A stretch of DNA of 57,353 nt, taken from positions 248,001 to 305,353 of the forward strand of contig JAXLNO010000061.1 of NCBI GenBank assembly GCA_038087875.1, written 5' to 3'. Of this stretch, positions 1-12,110 are shown piece by piece. Both the position numbers and the translations under genes were made by a program. The stretch is from Malacoraja senta (lineage: Eukaryota). The notes beneath the pieces are model-generated. The model was not told where the DNA came from. It made no database searches and worked only from the letters and a program-made list of their open reading frames with translations. How positions within the stretch are numbered: the stretch's first letter is position 1; every line of letters begins with the position of its first letter.

Positions 1-2724
1 TCCTAGAATATGCTTTAAAACCATAAAACGCACCCAACATTTCCAAATAATTTATGCCCAGTGTTTGTAGTAAAGACGAGTCTAGGTTAGTCCATCTACC
101 ACCTGTGCTGGATATGGTATTAGTTGCTCCCCAGCCTTGAGCACTGGCATCTGTTTGTATAGTTAACGTTGGGTTATTGATGATGATAGGGCTGGAACTA
201 TGCCAAATGTGTTATATCCACCATTGTAACTCTGATATTGCTTCAATGGGTAGTTTCATGGATCTGTCAAAGTGACCTGCATGTCGTTTCAACGCCTGTA
301 CTTTTGCCCTTTGTAGGTGCTGATAGTGCAGGAGTCCAAATTGTGTAGCTGAAAATGCTGCTACCATTTTGCCAATTACTCTTGCCACTTGTGGGATGGT
401 TGGTCGATTGCTTACCATTAAATTGTTGCACATCTGTGCCAATTCTGCTGCTTTACCTTTTGGCAACGTTACAGACATGTGGATTGAGTTAATTGAATCC
501 CAGATAGTCCATAGTTGTGGATGGCGTCAACTTAGATTTATCTGGATGTATGACAAACCCAGGGTTTCAAACTATTATTTGGTAGCTAATACAGCTGATT
601 TAGCCAACTCCATGGTTTTGCCAACTATTAGGATATCATCAAGATACGCCATGACAATATGTCTTTGTTTCGCTAATGTTGCCAAGGCTGGTTTTAATAT
701 CTTGGTAAATAGTCTAAGGCTGATGTCAACCCATTAGGCAATACTTTATACTGCCATAGTTGCCCCATCCAGGTAAATTTTCAGGTATCTGCGATGACCC
801 TTGTGAATGGGTACTGAATAGTAGGCATCTTTTAGATCAATGCTTGCCATAAAGTATCCTTTGGAAATCAGTTGTTTAGCAGTTACAAATGTTTCCATTT
901 TGAAATGTACATACTTAACAAAGGTATTTAGTGAGGTTAAGTCAATGATGATGCGACATCCACCATCTTTTTTACTTTTGGTAAATATATTTGAGACAAA
1001 TTCCAAAGGATCATGTTTGGATTTCTCAATGACACCCTTTGTAAGTAACCTCACCAGTTCTGCTTGAGCCTCTAGTTCTCTTTGACTGAGAGGGTAAAGA
1101 CCCTTTGGGTACGTGCTGAACTGGTGGCATGTTTTCGTGAATGAACTCTATTTTGTATCCCCGAATACTGTTAAGTATATAACTATCATTCGTGAGACAC
1201 CTCCTGTTAGTACAGTTCCCCATTTACATGCTGGTAGGAACCAAACCCACCTACCTCCATAGTTATGGTAGTGTTCCTTTCTTCCGTTTGTTCATCCGTC
1301 GTTATACTGCTGGATGTACTGTTGATGTACTGCTGATTGGGGGTGGCGCATTTTCCATGGGGTCCGCTCTGGGCCCTGGCCTAAAAAGGCTTTCAGGGAT
1401 AGTATGCGGACCCCGAGCTTTCACCAGTGACATAAATTTGACCTTGACTGGTGGACGCGGTGGGATACTGCCGTCTGGTTTTTTGTGTGGGTCTGCTCGT
1501 TCCGGGGCCTGCCCTCATGAGGCCAAATGCTTTGGACTCCTCCTCCAGGTCTTTCACTTGTCCTTCCAAATAACAGGATCTGCGGCTCTGAGGCCGGTGT
1601 TTTACACAGTCCTGCAAACCTGGGATTGAGGGCAGGTCTTATTCTCTCCTTGCGGAGGTTATTTATCTCATATTGGGTGTAGCACAGCAGAGCCAGAGTG
1701 TCTTGCTGGTTTGTGGTCATATCCACCCCATCCACGGAACGAGCATAGGCTGTTATCCCTGTCGTCAGGAGCTTGAGGATTTTAGCTCCTGGTTCCGGAT
1801 ACTCTGTCCCCCCCCCCCCAGATTTGGCTGTTAACAGCCGGTACATTGAGCGAACTGCAGTTTTCCAGCTCTAGTGCCTCATTAAGTACCTGTCTTGTAG
1901 GGGTTTGAGGGACAGGTGGTTGATGCTGGCCGCCAGTTTTGGCTCCAATGGCCGCCCTGCTCGTGGTGAAACCACGTAGCGGATCTCCACACCCAGCAGC
2001 TCTTCCTGATCCTGTACCCCAAGCGTACTCCCGACATCTTCAGCCAATGACCCCTCTTCCTGACCAGCCCAGCCCTGGTCGCCAACGCTGCCCTGCTTTG
2101 AGGGGAAAGCGATGGCCAGTGCATTTATAGAGCACTGCTGTGGGAGTGCCTGATCCCCCTGGCGAGACTGCTGTAGCTCCTGAAGCAAGTCTCGCTGGAG
2201 CAGTTGCTCCATGAGCCTTTTCATTCGGCTCAGGCGGCTAGCTCTGCCGCTCTAAGGCGGACCCTCCTCATCGGAGTCAGACATAACCGGCCGGTTTGTT
2301 TGTTTGTTTGTTTGTTTAAACTTTTCCTCCAGCCCGCTGCCGCTCATCAGGCTGCGCTAGCGGGACTGGGCTCGGCTCGGTCTCGATGAGGGTGGACCGC
2401 AGCATATGCGGTCCAGGTGCCGCCTCTCGCCCCCCACTGATGGAACACTCCCGTTCTGTTGGAGTCGAATGGGGGGCGGTTTTCTTCCTTTGCCGTGCTG
2501 CTCCTGTTCCCAGTTCCTCTGGAATAGAGAGCAGAGCAGAGCACAGCTTGCGGATTACGACCTCAGTGTGAGACTTACCTGAAGGTCCGCTGTTTATTTT
2601 CACCGACGTGTAGCGGGAGCGCCTGTACTCCCGGTCGTCGCTGTTGCACTGCGTGAACGCTAATGTCGCGCATGCGTGCTGGACGGGGTCTTCACGAAGT
2701 CACTCACGTGACTCCGAAGTAAAA
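1..2724 (-). mobile_element. DIRS1-like tyrosine-recombinase retrotransposon, 5' half (gag, RT, RNase H; frameshifted), running off the left edge
   Basis: RT motifs in 746-1054 (RIIIDLTSLN, HFKMET, SIDLKDAYYSVPIH); RT/RNase H linker in 212-478 (ELQWWI); IQTDASAQGWGA near 130-170; gag-like ORF 1421-1846. The terminus at 2689-2724 matches the ICR half at 36560-36594. Confidence 0.9.
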
Positions 2725-3289
2725 TTATAAAATGGTAATTATTAAATATAAATAGTAAAAGTACGGCGAATTATGCTTACATTAAGAGATCGATCTCCAA
2801 GATAGGCATAATTCTCCGTGCCTTTCATCCGCAGTACATTTAACACGTGGAAGTATGTGCTACTCACGTGACGACGACGCTGCTTCAAGCCATCAGTGGC
2901 AACAGTCTATAAAGGCAGCTGAAATTCTGCCTTTACACGGTGGACTGCGTGCATGTGATGCACAGCATACTGAGCATGCGCAGCGCAAGTTTCTTTTAAA
3001 AGCCGACTGACAGCTCACCAGGGAGAGAACAATCTGCGCATGCGCGGTTTTCAAGATTTTAAAAGCCGACTGACCAAAGATACTGACTGCCTACCCTGAC
3101 TAATTCCTCACGGCACGTGCCTGTTGTGAGTACATGTATATATGCACACACTGAACTTTTTCTCTCTCTCGTTTACTACATTGTTTACAGAGTACCATGT
3201 TTACATATTCTGTTGTGCTGCTGCAAGTAAGAATTTCATTATTCTATCTGGGACACATGACAATAAATCCTTGATTCTTCCTGCAGCTT

Positions 3290-3890
3290 AGACCCTCGAG
3301 TCCTGGCAACATCTTTGTAAATTTTCTCTATACCCTTTCCAGCTTGACAACATCTTTCCTATAACATGGAGCCCAGAACTGAACACAATTCTCTAAATGC
3401 GGCCTCACCAACATCTTATACAAATGCAACATGACCTCACAACTTCTATATTCAGTACTCTGACTGATGAAGGCCAATGTGCCTAATGCCTTTTGACCAC
3501 CCTATCTACCTGCTACTCCATCTTCAAGGAACCAAGCACCTGTACTTCGTGATCCCTCTGCCCTACAACACTACTCCGAGGCCTACCATTCTCTGTGTAG
3601 GTCCTGCCCATGTTAGACTTCCCAAAATGCAACATCTCACATTTCTCTGCATTAAATTCCATCAAACATTCCTCAGCCCACCTGGCCAATCGATCCAGAT
3701 CCTGTTGCAATCTTACACGACCATCTTCACTATCTGCAAAACCACCCACTTTTGTATCTTCAGAAAAGTTGCTAATCTTGCCCTGTATGTTCTCATCAAA
3801 TCATTGATGTAGATGACAAACAGTAACGGGCCCAGCACTGAACCCTGAGGCACACCACTAGTCACAGGCCTCCAGTCTGAGAAGCAGCCG
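3290..3890 (-). mobile_element. CR1/L3 LINE RT fragment
   Basis: [21 protein letters not shown] and LQQDLDRLARWAE...FNAEKCEMLHFG. Confidence 0.85.
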
Positions 3891-3892
3891 AA

Positions 3893-4200
3893 GATAGACA
3901 CAAAAGGCTGGAGTAACAGCGGTTTAGACAGCATCTCTGGAGAAAAGGAATAGATGGCGGTTTGGGTCCAGACCCTTCTTCAGACTAAGAGTCAGGGGAA
4001 AGGGAAACGAGAGAGATAGGTGGTGATGAGCAACGAGAGAGCACGTTGCAGAACTTTTGTCGGAGAGAGGAGGAAAAGAAACCTTGAAGAAACTTTGCAG
4101 TGGAGCAGACAAAATGTGTGGGAAGGAACTGCAGATGCGGAATGCTGAATAAGAGGGTGTTTGCTACAGGGAGAGTTTTGTGACGGTACAGACATTGTCT
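3893..4200. repeat. Penelope pseudo-LTR-derived repeat
   Basis: GCAGCATCTCTGGAGAAAAGGAATAG...GACCCTTCTTCAGAC module, also present at the Penelope ends (17865-17960, 32760-32950). Confidence 0.6.
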
Positions 4201-4229
4201 ACCACAATACTGCCACCTGGTTTTGTGGG

Positions 4230-4800
4230 TATTAGCTGCAGGGAGAGGTTGGACAGACTTGGATTGTTTTCTCTGGAACATCAGAGGTTGAGGGGAGACC
4301 TGATATATAAAAATGATGAGAGGCAGAGATAGAGTATAGGGTGAGAACCAAGTGGAATCAAGGGATATGGGGAGAAGGCAGGCACGGGTTATTGATTGGG
4401 GACGATCAGCCATGATCACAATGAATGGTGGTGCTGGCTCAAAGGGCCAAATGGCCTCCTCCTTCACCTATTGTCTATGTTTCTCTGTTTCTATGTAACC
4501 ATTTCCCCCAGGTTGGACGAACCCCACACTAGAGGGCACAGCTAGAATGTGAGAGGGGGATAGTTTCAAGGAGAGTTTTGTTTTACACAGAGGGTGGTGG
4601 GGGCCTGGAACGCACTGCCAGGGGTGGTGGTGGTGGAGGCAGATACCATTGTGGCAACTAAGAGGCTTTTATGGAAGTGCAGGGAATGCAGGGAAATGGA
4701 AGACATGCAGGCAGATGAGATTAGTTTGGTTAGGCATCATGTTCGGCATGAACATTGTGGGCGGTAGGGCCTGTTCCTGTTCTGTGCTCCTCTATGTTCT
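4230..4800 (+). mobile_element. CR1 3' end fragments (two nested)
   Basis: RLGLFSLEHQRLRGDL-type coding remnant, 3' UTR hairpin and TTTCTATG tail. Confidence 0.7.
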
Positions 4801-5519
4801 ATTTACATAATGTCTGGTGAATTTAAGTCTGAGCCACAACAGTTAACAATAATATCATTATTTTTAGACACAAAAAGCTGGAGTAACTCAGTGGGTCAGG
4901 CAGCATCTCTGGAGAAAAGGAATAGGTGACGTTTCGGGTCGAGGCCCTTTTTTAGACACTTTTAAAATCCTTGCATTATAATTTACAGGCTGCAAATTAA
5001 CAGATTGATCTAATATTACTCTGTATGACGGCTGGGGGGTTATGGCTGGAGGGAGGGGCACAGAGACAGGGAGAGGTGTGGGGGCTGGAGGGGAAGGGGT
5101 CATTGACACAGGGTATCGGGTTCAGAGGCCAGAGGGGAAGGGGTTATAGAGACTGAGAAGGGTGCAGCGGTGAGAGGGGAAAGGGTTACAGAGACAGGGG
5201 AGGAGTTGGGGACAGAGGGGTCAGACAGCATCTCTGGAGAAAAGGAATAGTTGACGTTTCAGGTGGAGTCCCTTCTTTAGACACTTTTTAAATCTTGGCA
5301 TTAGAATTTACAGGCTGATCTAATATTACTCTGTACAAAGGCTTTGGGGGAGATGGGGGAGTCACATAGACAGGGAGAGGGTGTAGGGGCTGGACAAGAA
5401 AGGGTCACACAGATGGTGAAGAGTGTAGGGGTCAAAGAGAAAGGGAGGGGGTATATTGAGAGGGGAAGCGGTCACACAGATGGGGAGGTGTTACCCTGAC
5501 TGTGCTTCCTTTGTACTCG

Positions 5520-5775
5520 ATTTCTCTCTCCTTCCTCCCCGTCTCTCACCCCCTGCCTCCCCCCAATCTTCTTCCCCCTCTCCCACTCTTACCCTCCCTA
5601 TCTCTCTCCCTCAGCCTTTCCCCCTCTCTCTTTCTCTCCCCTCTCTCTCCACACTCGCTCTCTCTCATCCCCTCCCCTCTCTCATCACCTGCCCCCTTTC
5701 TCTTTCCCACTCCCGTCCCTCTCTCTCCCACCCCTTCCCCTCTCTCTCACCCCCTTCCCCCTCTCTCCCACCCCC
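5520..5775. repeat. Pyrimidine-rich (CT) low-complexity tract
   Basis: Sequence is almost entirely C and T. Confidence 0.9.
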
Positions 5776-5920
5776 AGGGCCTTGCGCACACTCACCCTGG
5801 GTCATTCCCTCTCGCTGAGGATGGGCTGAGGAGCAGGGGCCATCGCTGCCCCTCCCATCAGGCCACAGAGTGCACAGACACACGGCAGTAGGAAAGTCCC
5901 AGGCTATGCTCCCACCCATT

Positions 5921-6207
5921 GGGCCTGGGCTCCCAAGCAAGGCCCGGGCTTTACTCTCGGCTTACGGACCTGGACTCCCAGGAAAGTCCCAAGTTCTGTT
6001 CCCATGACAGGCCTGGGCTCCCAGGAAAGACCCAGGCTCTGCTCTCGGCCTATGTACCTGGGCTCCCAGGAAAGACCCAGGCTCTGCTCTCAGCCTATGT
6101 ACCTGGGCTCCGAGGAAAAGGCCAGGCTCTGTTCCCTCCACAGGCCTGGGTTCCCAGGAAAGGCGCAGGCTCTGCTCCATCTACAGGCCTGGGCTCCCTG
6201 GAAAGGC
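5921..6207. repeat. Minisatellite, ~7 units of 43-45 bp
   Basis: CCTGG(G)CTCCCAGGAAAG-like unit starts at about 5924, 5969, 6012, 6057, 6102, 6145 and 6188. Confidence 0.85.
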
Positions 6208-6984
6208 ATTAACTGATCTGCCAGGTTTTTCCAACATTTCCTTCTATTTATCAGCACTATCTTGCTTTTGACACTAATGTCAATTGATGTAAATGACTTG
6301 CTTGAGAAGATCTGTGCACTGTGATAGCAGAGCCGTTCTCTCTTTGTGGATATCTGTGTTCACAGATAAACATCTTTGTACATATACTTCCTTTCTCTCC
6401 AGTTTGTGTTGACTGGTTTTCTGCCACTCATCCTTGAAGCAGTATCTTGGACCTCCTCTGCTGCAAGAGCACCAGTGTTTTACTGAAATGACTACGTGAA
6501 GACAACTACAATTCAAATGTCTTCTATTGTCACGTGCACCAGTGATATGCAAATTATCATACAGCCATACGAAATACTAAAGCAACAAGACACACAACTA
6601 CAAAAACATCCACCACCATCCTCACTTTGATGGAAGGCAGTAAAGTCCAAGTGCAATTGTCATTATATTTAACACTCTTTTGAATTTAACATCTAATTGA
6701 TTGATGAATGTAAATTTGAAATCTTTAAAACCAAACCGAGTCAAAGGCCAATATTACATTTTTGCAGCATAGCCAATAATTTTGAGAAAGAAGAAATCTT
6801 TCGCGGAACTATAATCCCCCTGAAGCTGCCACACGCAGGGAGATTTGGGATTCATTCTTGAATTGTTTTTCTTTACATTCTTCATAACTGACATTCAAAA
6901 ACCCATGGACCCACCTGAAATTAAAGGTATGGGATCAATTTGACACTTTAAAATGATTCTTCAATCTTGCTGCTCCAAAACAAT

Positions 6985-7352
6985 GAAGTTTAGTTTAGTT
7001 TAGCGATACAGTAACAAACGGCCCACCGAGTCTGTGCTGACCAACGATCACCTCTACAATTGTTCTATCCCACACGCAGGACAATTTACAGAGGCCAATT
7101 AACAGACAAACCTATATGTCTTTGGAAGGTACACAAAAATGCTGGAGAAACTCAGCGGGTGCAGCAGCATCTAGCTATTTCCTTCGCTCCATAGATGCTG
7201 CTGCACCCGCTGAGTTTCTCCAGCATTTTTGTGTACCTTCGATTTTCCAGCATCTGCAGTTCCTTCTTTAAAACTATATGTCTTTGGAGTTTAGTTTAGT
7301 TTAGTTTAAAGATACAGCGCAGAAACAGGCCCTTCGGCCCACTGAGTCCGTG
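6985..7352 (-). mobile_element. SINE 3' parts ((CTAAA)n tail) with a fold-back Penelope-LTR-derived insert
   Basis: GTTTA repeats at 6988 and 7288; inverted pair 7129-7172 / 7193-7238. Confidence 0.55.
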
Positions 7353-7354
7353 AC

Positions 7355-9410
7355 GAAGCAAAGTGCCAAAGGGGAAGAAAGATTCAAAGGGGAGTAAGAG
7401 GCGACCGTGGCTGACAAGGGAAGTCAAGGACAGTATAAAATTACAGAAGACGTATGACATAGCAAAGATGAGCGGGAAGCCAGAGGATTGGGAATTGTTT
7501 AAATATCAACAGAAGATAACTAAAAAGGCAATATGGGGAGAAAAGATGAGGTACGAAGGTAAGCTAGCCTTGAATATAAAGGAGGATAGTAAAAGCTTCT
7601 TTAGGTATGTGAAGAGGAAAAAATTAGTTAAGACCAAAGTTGGACCCTTGAAGACAGAAACAGGTGAATTTATTACGGGGAACAAGGAAATGGCAGATGA
7701 GTTGAACAGGTACTTTGGCTGTCTTCACTAAGGAGGACACAAACAATCTCCCAGATGTACTAGGGGATAGAGGACCTAGGGTGAAGGTGGAACTGAAGGA
7801 AATTCACATTAGTCAGGAAATGGTGTTGGGTAGACTGATGGGACTGAAGGCTGATAAATCCCCAGGGCCTGATGGACTGCATCCCAGGCCCTGGGGATGA
7901 ACCGGATTTGATAAGAGAACTCAACGTAAAGGAGCCATCAGGAGGTAGTGACCATAATATGATAAGTTTTAATCAACAATTTGAGAGGGAGAATGGAAAA
8001 TCAGTAGTATCAGTATTACAGTTGAGCAAAGGGGACTATGGAGCCATGACACAAAGCTGGGTCATGGATGTGGCTGTAGAAATTGTGGATGCATTGGTGA
8101 TCATTTTCCAATGTTCTATAGATTCTGGATCAGTTCCTGTGGATTGGACGGTAGCTAATGTTATGCAACCTTTTCAGAAAAGAGGGAGAGAGAAAGCAGA
8201 GAATTATAGACCAGTTAACCTGACATCAGTGGTGGGGAAGATGCTGGCGTCAATTATAAAAGATGAATTTTTTGTTTCTATGTTTCTAAAAAGCGGTACA
8301 TTTGGATAGAAGTAACAGGATCGGTCTGAGTCAGCATGGATTTACGAAGGTGAAATCATGCTTTACTAATCTTCTGGAATTTTTTAGGTTGTAACAAGTA
8401 AAATGGACAAGAGAGAGCCAATGGATGTAGTGTACCTGGACTTTCAGAAAGCATTTGATAAGGTCCCACATAGGAGATTAGTGGGCAAAATTAGAGCACA
8501 TGGTATTGGGCGTAGGGTACTGACATGGATGGAAAATTGGTTGGCATACAAGAAACAAAGAGTAGTGATAAACGGGTCCCTTTCAGAATGGCAGGCAGTG
8601 ACTAGTTGGGTACCGCAAGGCTCGGTGCTGGGACCACAGCTATTTCCAATATACATTAATGATTTGGATGAAGGGATTAAAAGTAACATTAGCAAATTTG
8701 CAGGTGACACAAAGCTGGGTGGCCGTGTAAACTGTGAAGAGGATGCTATGAGGATGCAGGTTGACTTGGACAGGTTGGGTGAGTGGGCAGATGCAGTATA
8801 ATGTGGATAAATGTGAGGTTATATACTTTGGTAGCAAGAACAGGAAGGCAAATTATTATCTGAATGGAGTCAGGTTAGGAAAAGGGGAAGTACAACAAGA
8901 CCTGGGTGCCTAGTACATCAGTCACTGAAAGTAAGCGTGCAAAGTACAGCAGGTAGTGAAGAAAGTTAATGGCATGTTGGCATTCATAACAAGAGGAGTT
9001 GTGAAAAAGAGCAAAGATGTCCTTCTGTAGTTTCACAAGGCCCTGGTGAGACCACACCTGGAGTATTGTGTGTAGTTGTGCTCTCCTAATTTGAGGAAGG
9101 ACATTCTTGCTATTGAGGGAGTGCAGCGTAGGTTCACGAGGTTAATTCCTGGGATGGCGGGACTGTCAATGATGAAAGAATGGAGCGACTGGGCTTGTAT
9201 TCACTGGAATTTAGAAGGATGAGAGAGAATCTTATAGAAACACATAAAATTATTAAGGGATTGGACATGATAGATGCAGGAAGCTTGTTCGTGATGTTGG
9301 GGGAGTTCAGAACCAGGGGCCACAGTTTAAGAATAAGGGGCAGGCCATTTAGAAATGAGATGAGGAAAAACATTTTCACCCAAAGAGTTGTGAATTTGTG
9401 GAATTCTCAG
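7355..9410 (+). mobile_element. CR1/L3 ORF2 (RT), degraded
   Basis: [57 protein letters not shown]. Confidence 0.92.
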
Positions 9411-9583
9411 CCAAAGTTTCCCAATCCTCTGGCTTCCCGCTCATCTTTGCTATGTTATACTTCTCTTTTATTTTTATACTTTCCTTGACTTTCCTTGTCA
9501 GCCACGGTTGCCTCTTACTCCCCTTAGAATCTTTCCTTCTCTGGAATGAACTGATCCTGCACCTTCTGGATTATTCCCAGAAA

Positions 9584-10497
9584 TAAGATAAGATAAGATA
9601 AGATAAGATAAGACTTTATTAATCCCCTTATTCAGGGGAAATTCAGATGTCCTTGCAGCACACTAATAAAAATACAACATAGTGTTCAAAAAGAAGTTCA
9701 ACACAAAAACATCCCCCCACAATGGTTCCCACTGTGGGGGAAGGCACAAAGTCCAGTCCCCATCCTCTTGTCCACCCAGAGTCGGGCCCACTGAGGCCTC
9801 CACAGTCCCGCCACGGCGCCCGATATTCTCGCCCAGGCTCCGAGATGTAACGTTCAGCGTCGCAGCTGGGCCGCTCCACAGAACCGCGGCTCCACAATGT
9901 TCCCATCGGCGGTCCCAGCATACTGGAGTCCCAGCGCGGCGACCCAGGAAAGGCATCGCCCGCTCCACGACAGCGCTCCAGCGCTGCCCGGCCGCCAAAG
10001 CCGATGTTCTGCGCCGCCGCCAAAGCCGGTGTTCTGGCCAGGTCCCCTCAGGGCAACGTCTGCGCCGCCGCCAAAGCCAGTGTTCTGGCTCCACGATGTT
10101 CCCATCGGCGGTCCCAGCATACTGGAGTCCCAGCGCGGCGACCCAGGAAAGGCATCGCCCGCTCCACGACAGCGCTCCAGCGCTGCACCGCCGCCAAAGC
10201 CGATGTTCTGCGCCGCCGCCAAAGCCGGTGTTCTGGCCAGGTCCCCCAGGGAAACGCCGCTCCAGGACCCGCTGGTAGGCCGCAAGGACAGGTCGAAGGC
10301 GCTGCTCGGAGGAAGGCAACCCCTCCGACCAGGTAGGGACTCGAAAAGCAGTTTCCCCCTTCCCCCCCACCACCCCCCACACATAAAAAGATTAGGCCCC
10401 TTGACTACACACTAAACGTACCAAAAATAATAAAAAAAAGAAGGGAAAAAGACGGACAGCTGCAGGACAGGCAGCCGTTCAGGACAGCGCCTCCTCC
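9584..10497 (-). mobile_element. GC-rich non-autonomous retroposon (family copy 1) with a 199-bp-period internal duplication, inserted in a CR1 fragment
   Basis: (CTTAT)n tail at 9584-9612; motifs shared with 13140-13945, 26305-26970 and 30145-31015; CR1 sequence on both sides is collinear. Confidence 0.65.
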
Positions 10498-10574
10498 TAA
10501 TACCTGCCATTGTTGTTCCACTGTCATCCTGCTAGGGTCGCTTTCCAGTCAACTTTGGCCAGCTCCTCCCTCAT

Positions 10575-12110
10575 AGAAACATAGATAGAAACATAGAAAA
10601 TAACCATATAACCATTACAGCACGGAAACAGGCCATCTTGGCCCTTCAAGTCCGTGCCGAACATTTAAATTAAAAACTTTTTTTTTTTTTAAATAAATAC
10701 TCCCCCCTAGTCCCATCTACCTGCACTCAGACCATAACCCTCCATTCCTTTCCCGTCCATATCCCCATCCAATCTATTTTTAAAGGATAAAATCGAACCA
10801 GCCTCCACCACTTCCACTGGAAGCTCATTCCACACAGCTACCACTCTCTGAGTAAAGAAGTTCCCCCTAATGTTACCCCTAAACTTCTGTCCCTTAATTC
10901 TCAAGTCATGTCCCCTTGTTTGAATCTTCCCTACTCTCAATGGAAAAAGCTTATCCACGTCAACTCTGTCTAACCCGCTCATAATTTTAAAGACCTCTAT
11001 CAAGTCCCCTCTTAACCTTCTGCGCTCCAAAGAATAAAGACCTAACTTGTCTTTATTCTTTGGTCTGAGTGCAGGTAGATGGGACTAGGAGGTAGTATTT
11101 ATTTTTAATTAAAAAAAAAAAAATTTAAACAAAATTTCGGCACAGACTTGAAGGGCCGAGATGGCCTGTTTCCGTGCTGTTATGGTTATATGGTTATATG
11201 GTTGTTCAACCTTTCTCTGTAACTTAGTTGCTGAAACCCAGGCAACATTCTAGTAAATCTCCTCTGTACTCTCTCTATTTTGTTGACATCCTTCCTATAA
11301 TTAGGCGATCAAAATTGTACTCCATACTCCAGAATTGGCCTCACCAATGCCTTGTGCAATTTTAACATTACATCCCAACTTCTATATTCAATGCTCTGAT
11401 TTATAAAGGCCAGCACTGCAAAAGCTTTCTTTACCACCCTATCTACATGAGATTCCACCTTCAGGGAACTATGCACAATTATTCCTAGATCCCTCTGTTG
11501 AACTGCATTCAATTCTCTACCGTTTACCAAATAGGTGCAGGAGGAGGCCATTCGTCACTTCGAGCCAGGATAGAAACATAGAAAATAGGTGCAGGAGTAG
11601 GCCATTTGGCCCTTCGAGCCTGCACCGCCATTCAATATGATCATGGCTGATCATCCACTCAGTATCCTGTACCTGCCTTCTCTCCATACCCCCTGATCCC
11701 TTTAGCCACAAGGGCCACATCTAACTTCCTCTTACATATAGCCAATGAACTGGCCTCAACTACCTTCTGTGGCAGAGAATTCCAGAGATTCACCACTCTC
11801 TGTGTGAAAAATGTTTTTCTCATCTCGGTCCTAAAAGATTTCCCCCTTATCCTTAAACTGTGACCCCTTGTTCTGGACTTCCCCAACAGCGGGAACAATC
11901 TTCCTGCATCTAGCCTGTCCAACCCCTTAAGAATTTTGTAAGTTTCTATAAGATCCCCCCTCAATCTTCTAAATTCTAGCGAGTACAAGCCGAGTCTATC
12001 CAGTCGTTCTTCATATGAAAGTCCTGACATCCCAGGAATTAGTCTGGTGAACCTTCTCTGTACTCCCTCTATGGCAAGAATGTCTTTCCTCAGATTAGGC
12101 ACCACCATTC
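10575..12110 (-). mobile_element. Stacked CR1 3' fragments
   Basis: ORFs 10707-11030, 11309-11551 and 11659-12108 are CR1 ORF2 C-termini; AGAAACAT tails. Confidence 0.88.

Noticed and set aside
5456..5940. Pro/Ser/Leu-rich and Gly/Arg/Glu-rich ORFs
   Set aside because: Translations of the CT low-complexity tract
9643..10415. Several overlapping ORFs of 110-240 aa on both strands
   Set aside because: By-product of GC-rich tandem repeats; no recognisable domain
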